DNA of 64,000 nucleotides, taken from positions 1,675,154 through 1,739,153 of the forward strand of contig CAWAJM010000001.1 of assembly GCA_963782445.1 (NCBI GenBank), in the 5' to 3' direction. The translations under genes were made by a program, and so were the position numbers. Source of the DNA: an uncultured Gammaproteobacteria bacterium. Its GTDB lineage: Bacteria > Pseudomonadota > Gammaproteobacteria > Steroidobacterales > Rariloculaceae. Shown here piece after piece: positions 47,399-56,625 of the stretch. The stretch's first letter is position 1. Each line of letters begins with the position of its first letter. A model generated the notes under the pieces. That model was not told the origin of the DNA. It saw only the letters and a list, made by a program, of their open reading frames with translations, and made no database searches.

Positions 47399-47521
47399 CC
47401 TCTTCTCCTTGCCGGGGCTTTGGCTTTGCCCGCCCCGTGCCGCTAAACTTGGGTAGAAGCTTTGCAGCAGACGAGGCCGCGCATCCTCGCGCGAACCTCG
47501 CGGGCCCACAGGGCGGGATTA

Positions 47522-48448
47522 ATGGCCAAGGCACTCGCGCAAGATCGCGGTAGCGCAGCGAAAGAGCTCAAGGAGCTTTCCGACTGGCAGCTAGAGCGCG
47601 TGCGCGATGCGCTGCGGGCCTACCACCGCTATGGCCGCGGCAGTGACGGCACGCATTTCACATGGCGGGACGTGCGCGAGGCGATCGCCGAATACACCGG
47701 CTTTGAAATTGGCGCGAGTGTAAAGCTCGGCGCGGAACGCCTGCGGCAATTCGTGGACGGTTTCAAACAGCGCTCCGGCGCGCGCAAATATCCCGTCCCC
47801 CAGCCCGATGCGATGCAGGCGATCGTCGCTTTTGTTACGCACGAAGAACTCGACTTGCTCACGCTTCACGAACTGACCGAACACATGCCCGGCTATCAAG
47901 CCGTGCTGCGCTTTGCCGAATATCTCGCGCAGGATTCCGAGATGCGCCCGCTCGTCACCGCCTTTGATCTCTGCGGTGATCTGCAAACGGCCCACCCGGA
48001 CCGTGACTGCGTCACGGTGGTAACGCTGACGCTCCAGCAGCCGCTTTCCGAATCCGGCAAGACCGTCCTGCAGGCCGTTGAAGAGCGCGTCCGCTACGAT
48101 CTCGGCGAGGTAGAACAAGCGCTGCTCGCCCATAACTGCGGGCAGAAGGAAAAGCGCCTTTCGCGCAGCGCCTTCGGCGGCTGGGGCGTGCTCACGCCCG
48201 AGGACACGCTCGCGATTTTTCTCAAGGCGCCGGATACCGGCCGCAATCACTGCTATTACGCGATGAATGATCTCGGGCTTTGGCAAAAGAGCGGCGGCAA
48301 ACTGGTCTACCTCATGCGCCACGATTACGGAACCCAGGCCATCGGCACTCCCGACGAAAAGGACGAAGTCACCACGCAAGCGCTGGAACAGCTTTTTAGC
48401 TTCACCTTCTCTTCGGAATTCCTGGTGACCTCCGCGGAGCCGATGTAA
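47522..48448 (+). CDS. Hypothetical protein with a possible N-terminal HTH
   Basis: Long ORF divergent from the membrane/J-domain operon. Confidence 0.65.
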   Translation: MAKALAQDRGSAAKELKELSDWQLERVRDALRAYHRYGRGSDGTHFTWRDVREAIAEYTGFEIGASVKLGAERLRQFVDGFKQRSGARKYPVPQPDAMQAIVAFVTHEELDLLTLHELTEHMPGYQAVLRFAEYLAQDSEMRPLVTAFDLCGDLQTAHPDRDCVTVVTLTLQQPLSESGKTVLQAVEERVRYDLGEVEQALLAHNCGQKEKRLSRSAFGGWGVLTPEDTLAIFLKAPDTGRNHCYYAMNDLGLWQKSGGKLVYLMRHDYGTQAIGTPDEKDEVTTQALEQLFSFTFSSEFLVTSAEPM

Positions 48449-48453
48449 CCGCT

Positions 48454-48939
48454 ATGCCGACCCGCAGCATCACAGGGCAGGGACAGGAACGGCCGGACGG
48501 CTACGGCGGGCGCGGCACGGCTTACCGTGAGGCGCTGCGCGAAAGGCTCGCAAGGATTGCCGCCGCGGACGAGCAGGGACGCGCCGAAAAGCTTGCGGCC
48601 CTCGGCGGCGAATTCCTGCAGGCAGCGCAGCGCGGCAATCCCGCGACGCTCGAAGTGTTCTTGCACGGTGGCATGCCGGTCAATTACCAGGACCCGCGCA
48701 CCCGTCAAACGGCCCTGCACACAGCTGCCGCCGCGCAGGCGCGCGAGGCCATCCGCAAGCTGATTGCCGTCCCGGATTGCGATTTCCTGATCCGGGACGG
48801 GCAGGGACGGCTGGCTTCCGAACACGCCTATTTGTTCGGGCGCGATCCGGCGCTTGCGCGCCTCCTTGGCAACAAGGAGCGCGCGCAGGCGCGCGCGCAA
48901 GGGATCACCCTCACGCGCCGGGCTGCCGCGTCGCCCTAG
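48454..48939 (+). CDS. Ankyrin-repeat protein
   Basis: AAQRGN...VNYQD...TALHTAA...RDGQGRLA repeats. Confidence 0.8.
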   Translation: MPTRSITGQGQERPDGYGGRGTAYREALRERLARIAAADEQGRAEKLAALGGEFLQAAQRGNPATLEVFLHGGMPVNYQDPRTRQTALHTAAAAQAREAIRKLIAVPDCDFLIRDGQGRLASEHAYLFGRDPALARLLGNKERAQARAQGITLTRRAAASP

Positions 48940-50447
48940 CCCTTGCTGCCGAAAAAGTAGCGCGCGACGGCGCTGTCTTCGTCGAAATACTCGACACGCT
49001 GCAGGATCATCGGGTGATAGCCCGCCCAGACAACCAGTTGCCGCTTGAATTTGTCGCTGCGCGCGAACTGGCGGCTGATCTCGTCGGGGGTCAGCAAATC
49101 GAATAGTTCGATCGAGCTGCTCTTACCGGAAAGGCCGAGTGCGGCCTGCTCCGGCGCGACCTCACCGCTGCGCGCGACCTCGACGCGGGTCTTGCCGAGC
49201 TTGCGGGAAATATACTCGGTCGTTGTGACATCGTTGTTCCCGAAGAACTGCATGATCCCGGCATTGGCGGCAAAGCTTTCCCATCGCTCCTTATAGAGCG
49301 CCTTGCCCTGGCTCCAGTCCTGCAGGATCACCCAGAGCTTGACCCCGAACGACGCGATTTGTCCCGCCGCATCCTCAAGCTGCTTCATGTAACCCAGCAC
49401 CGGAAATTCATCGAGGCAGACAAGGACGGGCTCGTCGGTTTGCGTGCGTTCCTGCTCCATTGCCTGCAGCAGCTGGTTAATGAATATCCGCAGCCACCGC
49501 CCGGCAATCTCAATACGCGTTGCCGGAAAGCACAGATACACGCTCATGCGCTTGCGCTTGAGATCAGCCAGCTCGAAGCTGTTGCCGCGTAGCACTTTGC
49601 GCAGGGCCGTGTAGTCCAGGAACTTCGTGTGCCGCCGCACCGTCGAGAGGACGCTGTCGCGCTCGCGCTCGCTCTTCTCGTAAAAGTCCCGCGCCGCGCC
49701 CTCGATCGCCCCGCCGATATCGGCGCTCGCCTTGCGCTTTTCCAGCCGCACGGCGTTCTCCAGCATTGCGCGCTCGAGCGCGCACAATTCTTCATCGCCG
49801 TCATCCGGTTTCATCGCGGCCCTTATGAGCTCGCGCACGGTGAGCAGATCCCGCTTGCCCTTGTATGCAGGATCGGTCGCGACCTGCAGGATGACGCCCT
49901 CGATAAAGTTCTTCGCGCTTTCATCCCAGTGCGGGTCCTTGTTGCCCGTGCCTTGTACAACGATCGCGTCCGCGATCAAATTGGCGTCCTCGATGATGGT
50001 CGCGCTGCCCGGCTTCAAAACACTGAGCGGGTTATAGCAGGCCTTGGCGGCAGATTCTGTTTGCCCGAACGGGTCGAGCACATGCACCTCGTGGCCGAGC
50101 AGGATGCGTGTTAAGGCCGTTGTCCTCGCCAGCTCGCCCTTTGGGTCGAGCGCGAGCACGCTGCCGCGGTAGAAATACAGGTTGCCGATCAGCGTCACCG
50201 ACTTACCGGCACGCGAGCCTGCCACCGTCAGGATGTGGCGGTTGTCCTCAATGCCGATCAGCCGCTCGCCGAGGGCGCCGACCATGATCTTCCCGCCGGG
50301 ATGGGCGGGGTCATAGGTCAGCGCCCGACTGCCGAGCACGTCCTCGGGCCGCTGCCAGCGCGCCTGCGGCACGCTCTGCTGGCGCAGATAGCGGCTGGAA
50401 ACGCCACGCGGAATATCGTGCATGAATTCTTCGAGGAATTTGCTCAT
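48936..50447 (-). CDS. VirD4/TraG-family type IV coupling protein
   Basis: Walker A GSRAGKS, DPKGE, YNPL, Walker B LDEF, ILQD and ISRKLG; no N-terminal TM helices. Confidence 0.9.
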   Translation of the reverse strand: MSKFLEEFMHDIPRGVSSRYLRQQSVPQARWQRPEDVLGSRALTYDPAHPGGKIMVGALGERLIGIEDNRHILTVAGSRAGKSVTLIGNLYFYRGSVLALDPKGELARTTALTRILLGHEVHVLDPFGQTESAAKACYNPLSVLKPGSATIIEDANLIADAIVVQGTGNKDPHWDESAKNFIEGVILQVATDPAYKGKRDLLTVRELIRAAMKPDDGDEELCALERAMLENAVRLEKRKASADIGGAIEGAARDFYEKSERERDSVLSTVRRHTKFLDYTALRKVLRGNSFELADLKRKRMSVYLCFPATRIEIAGRWLRIFINQLLQAMEQERTQTDEPVLVCLDEFPVLGYMKQLEDAAGQIASFGVKLWVILQDWSQGKALYKERWESFAANAGIMQFFGNNDVTTTEYISRKLGKTRVEVARSGEVAPEQAALGLSGKSSSIELFDLLTPDEISRQFARSDKFKRQLVVWAGYHPMILQRVEYFDEDSAVARYFFGSKG

Positions 50448-50459
50448 TTTGTCGCTCCG

Positions 50460-50681
50460 TTAAAACGGGATGTCGTCGTCAAATTCGGTTGCGCCAGTGT
50501 CTTTGCTTCGCTGGCCTTTCGGCTTCAGCGCACCGCAGAGATCCATCTCCTCGAGGATCGCCGTATTCGCGATTCCCTGGAGGTAGTCCCGGGCATCGAG
50601 ATAGCCAAAGAATCCCGCGCAGTCGTTCAGGAAGCGGAACACCTCTTCGTCAATTTGCAGGGTGATTTCCCGGTGAGCCAT
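50460..50681 (-). CDS. Small ribbon-helix-helix-like protein
   Basis: ITLQIDEE...A...G...DYLQ pattern; ends in DDDIPF. Confidence 0.6.
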   Translation of the reverse strand: MAHREITLQIDEEVFRFLNDCAGFFGYLDARDYLQGIANTAILEEMDLCGALKPKGQRSKDTGATEFDDDIPF

Positions 50682-50682
50682 C

Positions 50683-50877
50683 TCATGCGCTCCCTTCGGT
50701 GCGTTGCGGGCCGATGTGATCCACCGCGCCGCAACGATCGGCGTCGCGGTACAGCGCCCAGAACGCGGCGTGTTGCAGGTAAGCCTCCACGCTTTCAAAG
50801 CCGTGCTGCCTCGCCAGCCGGTTGACGACGAAGAGATCGCTTTCGCTGATCTGAATTGTGAATTTCTTCGTCTTCAT
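50683..50877 (-). CDS. Small ribbon-helix-helix-like protein
   Basis: FTIQISE...LARQHG...EAYLQ; similar to the downstream gene. Confidence 0.6.
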   Translation of the reverse strand: MKTKKFTIQISESDLFVVNRLARQHGFESVEAYLQHAAFWALYRDADRCGAVDHIGPQRTEGSA

Positions 50878-50906
50878 GATTTGCACCTTCAACTTGTATT
50901 GCCAAG

Positions 50907-51116
50907 TCACTGCTTGCCGTCTTTCGGCGGACGGCCGCGGCGTTTTTGCGCCTTGTCCGTGACAGTCACACTCAGTCCGGCGGCGTCGGCCATCGCCTTG
51001 ATTCGGCTCGCGGTCTCCTTCTTACGTGCCTTTTCGCGTTCCGCGAGCTCGGCCTTGACGTCGGCACCCAGTTTGCGCAACTGCTCATCGTTCAAAGTCC
51101 TGAATTCCTCGTTCAT
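50907..51116 (-). CDS. Mini H-NS-like protein (N-terminal oligomerisation domain plus AT-hook)
   Basis: 69 aa: LNDEQLRKL...IKAMADAAGLSV then KRRGRPPK; AAGGAG RBS. Confidence 0.7.
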   Translation of the reverse strand: MNEEFRTLNDEQLRKLGADVKAELAEREKARKKETASRIKAMADAAGLSVTVTDKAQKRRGRPPKDGKQ

Positions 51117-51144
51117 TGCATGCTCCTTTTTCCGTTCGGTTCTG

Positions 51145-51333
51145 CTATGCCCGGTCGCAGGCGCTCCTGACCTCTCGCCAGAATTTCTCGGCCCTTTCGT
51201 TGCCCCGGCGCTGTGCTGTTTCAGCGTTCCGGCCTGCGAGAATTTCCGGTAAGCCGCGTCCCTGGATCGCTTCATCGGTCAGGCTTCTGATGCCGTTCCA
51301 GATCGCCTCGGGAATGTGCTTTCGGTTTGTCAT
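51145..51333 (-). CDS. Small hypothetical protein
   Basis: AGGAGG RBS; first gene of the operon leading to the coupling protein. Confidence 0.5.
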   Translation of the reverse strand: MTNRKHIPEAIWNGIRSLTDEAIQGRGLPEILAGRNAETAQRRGNERAEKFWREVRSACDRA

Positions 51334-51692
51334 GCTTGTTGCCTCCTTTTGTTGATCCGGCTGCAAATCAGCCTTCGTTGGAGGCCATTAAACGGGAGCA
51401 CATTCGCGCTTTTCCTCGCGCAATCCTCGCGCTATAAGAGGAAGAGCAAACCCGCGAGAACCGTTGCTGAGAAACGGTTCGAGCGCGCGGGTTAACCGAT
51501 CGTTAAGGACTTTCCCTTTAAAGTTGTGGAAGGGAAGGGAATTGCGATAAGGCTTTGTACAAGGTGTGCGCGGTAGTACCACTTCGTGGTCTCCACCGCG
51601 CTCACCTTGAGGGGGGATTGCATCCCCCCGTTGCCACCCCCCGCGCTCCCTAAGGCACGAACCAGCCTAAGGGCTGTTCTTGCCAAGGGAGC

Positions 51693-51924
51693 CTTAGGGA
51701 GACTGCGCTCTCCCTAAGAACCCATCGCATCAGGGGACTTCGGCTCCCCTGATAACCCTCGACCCGCCGCGGCCTGCGGCGATGGCGCGGCAAAGCCGAA
51801 GGGGCATTTCATAGCCCCTTGGAACCCTTGACCAACCGTCCGCCGGTTGGATGCCGTCAGGGGCCTTCGCCGCCCCTGAACCCTGGACCAAGGGAAACTG
51901 CGCTTTCCCTTTGGAAACCCATCG
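51693..51924. repeat. Array of five hairpin-AACCC units; probable oriT region
   Basis: Hairpins start at 51693, 51729, 51799, 51857 and 51888, each followed by AACCC, directly upstream of mobC. Confidence 0.6.
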
Positions 51925-51987
51925 CGCCACGCGCGCGAGGATCGTGCGAGGAGGGCTTGCAGATGAGACGAATAACGTTGCGAGCCC

Positions 51988-52332
51988 ATGGAGAAGAAGA
52001 CACGCAAAAAGCGCGAAGCGCCGATCTCCTACCGCCCGCCGGCAGAGCTGCGGGAGGAGTTCGCCCTGCGTGTCGAAAAATCCGGGCTCTCGACCAACGC
52101 CTTTATCAGCAAATGCTGCCTCGACGTTGATCCGCCGCGGACATCAAGGCGTCCGGCGCTCGAGGAAAAGCTGCTCTGCAAGCTCCTCGCGCAGGCCGCA
52201 CAAATCAGCAGCCAGCTCCATGAAATCCAGCTTGCCAACGGCGGCGAAAATACGCTGCTCTTGGAGCAGGCCGCGGCCGAACTAATGCTCATCCGCGCCG
52301 CGCTGCTCAAGGCGATGGGGCGCCAGCCATGA
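51988..52332 (+). CDS. mobC: MobC-like relaxosome accessory RHH protein
   Basis: PISYRP...SGLSTNAFI RHH pattern; ATGA coupling to the relaxase. Confidence 0.75.
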   Translation: MEKKTRKKREAPISYRPPAELREEFALRVEKSGLSTNAFISKCCLDVDPPRTSRRPALEEKLLCKLLAQAAQISSQLHEIQLANGGENTLLLEQAAAELMLIRAALLKAMGRQP

Positions 52333-53993
52333 TCCCGTTCGCCTCACAACGAGGTTTGGGGCAGGACCTCGCTTCGCACCTGCTCAACGAATACGACAAC
52401 GAGCTCATGGACGTTGCCGAAGTGCGCGGGGCGGTCGCCCGTGATTTGCACGGCGCGTTCGCCGAATGGGAGGCGCAGGCGCACGGGCTGACCAAATGCA
52501 AGAATTACCTCTACAGCCTGTCGATTAATCCCGACCCGGCGCAGGGGCCGCTCAGCCGCGAGCAGTATCTTGAATATATCGACCGGGCCGAGGAGCGGCT
52601 CGGATTATCGGCCCAGCCGCGCGCCGTCGTCTTCCATATCAAGGACGGCCGCGAGCACTGCCATGTCGTCTGGTCGCGCATCAATCCGATCCAGGAAAAG
52701 GCCATCCACATGGCCTTCGATCACGACAAACTCATGATGGTCACAAGGGAGTTCGCCCGCGACCACGGGCTGCAATTACCCAAGGGGTATTTCAAGGAAC
52801 AAGGCGCGGAGAAGACGTCGCAGGTCAGCCAGTATGAAAACGCCCTCAAGCGCCAGACCGGGCTGACAAGGAAAGACCATATCGCGAAGGTCACGGACAT
52901 CTGGCGTTCCTGCGATAACGCCCATGCGTTCGTGAACGCGCTCGCAGAAAACGGCTACATGCTCGCGACCGGCAACCGGCCCTATGTGCTGGTCGATTTC
53001 TACGGCGGGATGCACGCGCTGCCACGCCTGATCGATGACAAGACCGTCCGGCAAAAAGACATCGAGGCTTTCCTGGAACAGGATTTCCCGAAAGAGTCCT
53101 TGCCCACCGTCGAGGAAGCCAGGGCCCTCATCGCCGATCACCGCAAGCTCGTCGGCGCGCACGTCAAATCAGAACAGCGCGAGCTCGAAATCGCCAAGCT
53201 CAAACGCGCCCAGGAAAAGCGCCGCGGGGCGCAGGAAAAGGAAGCCGCTGATCTCCGGCAGCAGCAGCACAAAGACAGGACGCGGCTCGAGCGGCAGCAC
53301 CGCACGCAGCGCGATACGCAACGAAGCGAATATCTCGATAAGATTCGTGAAATCCGGCGCGAACGCGCGCGCAATAAGCCCACCGGCCTTGCCGCCTTTT
53401 TAGGGCGCGTAACCGGCGTCGCGCTGATCCGCCGTAAGCTCCAAAAGCGCGAAGACAAGAAACGCCTGCAAAGCTTTCAGAACGCGCGCGAATCCCTGAA
53501 AGACGATCAGCGTGACGAGCGCCTTGCGCTCCAGCGCGCCCAGGAAATGGAAGCCCTTTCGATGAACCGACAGATCGCCCGGCTCGCCCAGGTCGATGCC
53601 AAGGAAATCAAATCCCTTAACGAAGTGCTGACCAAAGAAGTGCGCGTTGGCGCGCGCGGCCCGCGCAACCAGATGCCCTCGCTTGGCAAGGATCTGCGCC
53701 CGCGCGGGCGCAGGGCCGCGCCGCACAAATCCAAGCACCGGCATTACAAGCCGCTGACGGCGAAAGACGCCGAGCAGGCGGACGAGCTCGAGCAGGGCTT
53801 TGGGCGCGCCGTCGCCGGCAAGACGCGGACGAACCATGTGGACTTGGAGGGCGAATTCTCGCGGGCGGCGTCTGACGAGAAAGGCGAAGGCAAGCACGGT
53901 TCTTCCGAAGGCCCGAAACCGGCAGCGGAAAACAGAATCCGGCGCTACGGGCGCAAGCGAAAGAGAGGGAAGGATTTGGGTCGCGGGCGGTAA
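52329..53993 (+). CDS. Relaxase (MOB_P / VirD2-like)
   Basis: YSLSINP and the HUH motif HIKDGREHCHVVWSRI; basic C-terminal tail. Confidence 0.92.
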   Translation: MIPFASQRGLGQDLASHLLNEYDNELMDVAEVRGAVARDLHGAFAEWEAQAHGLTKCKNYLYSLSINPDPAQGPLSREQYLEYIDRAEERLGLSAQPRAVVFHIKDGREHCHVVWSRINPIQEKAIHMAFDHDKLMMVTREFARDHGLQLPKGYFKEQGAEKTSQVSQYENALKRQTGLTRKDHIAKVTDIWRSCDNAHAFVNALAENGYMLATGNRPYVLVDFYGGMHALPRLIDDKTVRQKDIEAFLEQDFPKESLPTVEEARALIADHRKLVGAHVKSEQRELEIAKLKRAQEKRRGAQEKEAADLRQQQHKDRTRLERQHRTQRDTQRSEYLDKIREIRRERARNKPTGLAAFLGRVTGVALIRRKLQKREDKKRLQSFQNARESLKDDQRDERLALQRAQEMEALSMNRQIARLAQVDAKEIKSLNEVLTKEVRVGARGPRNQMPSLGKDLRPRGRRAAPHKSKHRHYKPLTAKDAEQADELEQGFGRAVAGKTRTNHVDLEGEFSRAASDEKGEGKHGSSEGPKPAAENRIRRYGRKRKRGKDLGRGR

Positions 53994-54078
53994 ATGGTCG
54001 ATCAACAACGTCCCAAAAGCATACCTCGATTGTTTGCCGTTCTAGCCAGTGAATGCGCAGAGGCGCGCCACGCTATTG

Positions 54079-54113
54079 AAAGCCCCGACCCAGAAAAACG
54101 GGCCGGGGCTTTT
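54079..54113 (+). terminator. Terminator downstream of the relaxase
   Basis: AAAGCCCCGACCC...GGGCCGGGGCTTTT. Confidence 0.6.
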
Positions 54114-54228
54114 GTGATTGGATGTAGCACACACGAAAAACGTCCTACCCGTCTACTAATACGGCTTTACTCAACCAAAAGCAAAGAAAATCCAGGGAAT
54201 CGTCCGCGCTCAGCGGTTCCCAGATAGC

Positions 54229-54270
54229 TGTGACCAATTTGTCGCATACAGGTGTGGCCAAATTGTCACG
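54229..54270. promoter_or_regulatory. Two tandem 18-bp pseudo-palindromes upstream of the porin
   Basis: TGTGACCAATTTGTCGCA and TGTGGCCAAATTGTCACG. Confidence 0.55.
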
Positions 54271-54413
54271 TAAAAAAACTAAAAAACCGAATCCGCCACT
54301 TCCTGATTGTTCCTCGCCCCGACCTTCTCTATATCTGGAAAGGAAGTCGCAATTCTGCGGCTTTATCACATCAGTGATTGGATGAACTTCTCATCAATAC
54401 ATGGAGGTATGAA

Positions 54414-55799
54414 ATGAGAAAACTATTACTTGGAACGGCTGCTGTAGCTTTGGGCATGACCTTCGCGGTCGGCTCGGCAAACGCGCAAGTCAAACTTGAC
54501 GTTGGCGGCCACACGAAACTCTACGGTTCCTGGCTCGATCAGGATACCCGTAGCGATGACACGGCAACAGCCGGCGATCAAAGCCTGGAAGAACGCAGCC
54601 TCGATATCCTGCGGGAAACCGAACTGCACTTCTCCGGTGAAACCACGCTGGATAATGGCCTGACGGTCGGCGCGCACATCGAAGTTGATGTGGACGGCAC
54701 TGACAGCTCCTTTGCTGGTAATGATGCTGAAGAAGCCTATGCTTACTTCTCCGGCGCCTGGGGCCGCGTAAATCTGGGTCGTGAAGACGGCGCAGCTTAC
54801 CTGCTGCAGGTTTCCGCACCGTCGGCTGACTCCAACTCTGATGGTATCCGTCAATGGGTCGCACCGGTCAATTACACCCTCCTTCAGAACCTGGCCGGTG
54901 ACGGTATCGTTGATAGCGTCGACCTTGACGGTATTTTCAATACTGGTCTTGCTGGCCTTCTTGCTGCTGGTGGGATCGTCAACGACGTTGACGGCAACGA
55001 TGCCCTGACGGTGGGCGCAGCTGGTGATGTTCTGTTCAACGCCGATGCAACCGGTGCTCTGACCGCCAACACACGCTTCGACTACGATCAGGCCGTGTCA
55101 GGCTACAGCGACAAGCTGACCTACATGACCCCGGTCTTTAACGGCTTCCAGGCTGGCGTTTCTTACACGCCTGAGTTTGGTGCATCCCGTGACTTCGGTA
55201 ATAACGATGACGATGATATTGTCGGTACCGCGGATGACGGCGAATATGGCGATATCTGGGATCTGGCCGCGCGTTACGAAGGCCAGTTCGACCAGGTCGG
55301 CGTTGCTCTCGGCGGCGGCTGGACCCATGCCGAACTGGAAAGTGGTGATGGTGATGTGCTCCTGTATCGAAGCGCTACCACTGTTGGTGGTGCTGCTGGC
55401 TTCCGGGCCGGTGACATTGCTGTTGCCACGCTTGACGACCGTGAAGCCTGGAATGTCGGCATCGACTTCGACTGGAAAGCATTCGGTCTTGGCGGTTCCT
55501 ACTCCGAAGATGATAACGGCGTCAGCGGCGACAACTTCCAGACGGAAACCTGGGTTGTGGGTCTTGACTACACCACGGGGCCGTTCAAACTTGGCGGCAG
55601 TTACTATGACGTTAACCAGAATGTTGGTGACGACAGCGTGGACGTTAATCGCTGGACAGGTGGTGTTGTATACACCTACGGCCCGGGCATGACCTTCCGC
55701 GGCAGTGTCAGCTGGATCGATCATGATGAAGATGTGGGCACCGGCAACACCAGTGCGGACGCTACAAGCGTTCTGCTCGGCACCCAAATCAACTTCTAA
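54414..55799 (+). CDS. Gram-negative general porin (alphaproteobacterial type)
   Basis: Signal peptide MRKLLLGTAA...ANA, SGETTLDNGLTVG, KLTYMTP.FNGFQAGVSYTP, terminal Phe, GGAGG RBS. Confidence 0.92.
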   Translation: MRKLLLGTAAVALGMTFAVGSANAQVKLDVGGHTKLYGSWLDQDTRSDDTATAGDQSLEERSLDILRETELHFSGETTLDNGLTVGAHIEVDVDGTDSSFAGNDAEEAYAYFSGAWGRVNLGREDGAAYLLQVSAPSADSNSDGIRQWVAPVNYTLLQNLAGDGIVDSVDLDGIFNTGLAGLLAAGGIVNDVDGNDALTVGAAGDVLFNADATGALTANTRFDYDQAVSGYSDKLTYMTPVFNGFQAGVSYTPEFGASRDFGNNDDDDIVGTADDGEYGDIWDLAARYEGQFDQVGVALGGGWTHAELESGDGDVLLYRSATTVGGAAGFRAGDIAVATLDDREAWNVGIDFDWKAFGLGGSYSEDDNGVSGDNFQTETWVVGLDYTTGPFKLGGSYYDVNQNVGDDSVDVNRWTGGVVYTYGPGMTFRGSVSWIDHDEDVGTGNTSADATSVLLGTQINF

Positions 55800-55822
55800 T
55801 TTTGGAAGTTTACGAATCTCAC

Positions 55823-55857
55823 AGAGGGCCACATCGCGTGGCCCTCTTTCTCTTTTT
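55823..55857 (+). terminator. Intrinsic terminator of the porin
   Basis: AGAGGGCCAC-ATCGC-GTGGCCCTCT followed by a T tract. Confidence 0.8.
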
Positions 55858-55870
55858 GAAAGGCACCGGA

Positions 55871-56431
55871 TTGCCGGAAGAAAAAATCACGCTAATAAAC
55901 CGGGCAAAGCGCCGCAAGTATCTTACGGCCGCAGAGCAACAAGCCTTCCTGGCCGCGGCTCACGATACCGCCGCGCGTGAGAGAACCTTCTGTATCGTCC
56001 TGACATACACGGGCGCTCAGGTCATGGAAGCCATAGGATTGACAGCGGAGGATATCGATTTGGCGGGAGAATCAATCTTCTTCGGCAAGCGGCAGGGGCA
56101 TGAACGGGCAGTACCAGTCCCCTCGCACGTTGTTCAAACCCTTGACGTCATTCACGGTCTCCGCAGAGCCCAGGAACAGGGTGGTGGGGGTCGATCACCG
56201 CGCTTGTGGCCGGTTGATCGCACGACCGCATCTCGTTGGGTAAGCCGCGTAATGAAGCAAGCAAAAATCCACGGGCCGCAGGCCGGGCCTCGGGGCCTAC
56301 GTTATGGGTTTATGGTGGCCAAACTCCAGGAAGGCTTTCCTCCGCAGACCGTGCACCAGTGGATGGGAAACAAGGTGACGATAAGTACAGAGATCTGCAA
56401 CGAGGCGCTAAGAGGAAAAGAGCGCCCCTAG
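55871..56431 (+). CDS. Tyrosine-recombinase-like protein with degenerate catalytic residues
   Basis: RKYLT, YTGAQ (R lost), ERAVPVP, PRGLRYG, WMGN and TEIC (Y lost). Confidence 0.7.
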   Translation: MPEEKITLINRAKRRKYLTAAEQQAFLAAAHDTAARERTFCIVLTYTGAQVMEAIGLTAEDIDLAGESIFFGKRQGHERAVPVPSHVVQTLDVIHGLRRAQEQGGGGRSPRLWPVDRTTASRWVSRVMKQAKIHGPQAGPRGLRYGFMVAKLQEGFPPQTVHQWMGNKVTISTEICNEALRGKERP

Positions 56432-56625
56432 CGGGCTGGAAATACTTCACTCGAAAGCCCAGTTCTATAGGTTTTATGATGGAAAGAGAAGCTCTTAGAG
56501 CGCAGATACAGTGATGGAAGGAAGGCTTAAATGCGATGGATCACGCACGCGCTCGTTCTTGTTGCGGTTTCTATGCTTTCACCGCCACGAGCATACGCAG
56601 ACCGTAGCGAGAATGATTATCCGAT

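Noticed and set aside
45674-53993. Self-transmissible ICE with a full T4SS
   Set aside because: No VirB4, pilin or other mating-pair genes lie between the att repeats, so the element is at most mobilisable.
55802-55870. N-terminal part of the predicted 209-aa recombinase ORF
   Set aside because: It overlaps the porin terminator; a start at TTG 55871 is more plausible.
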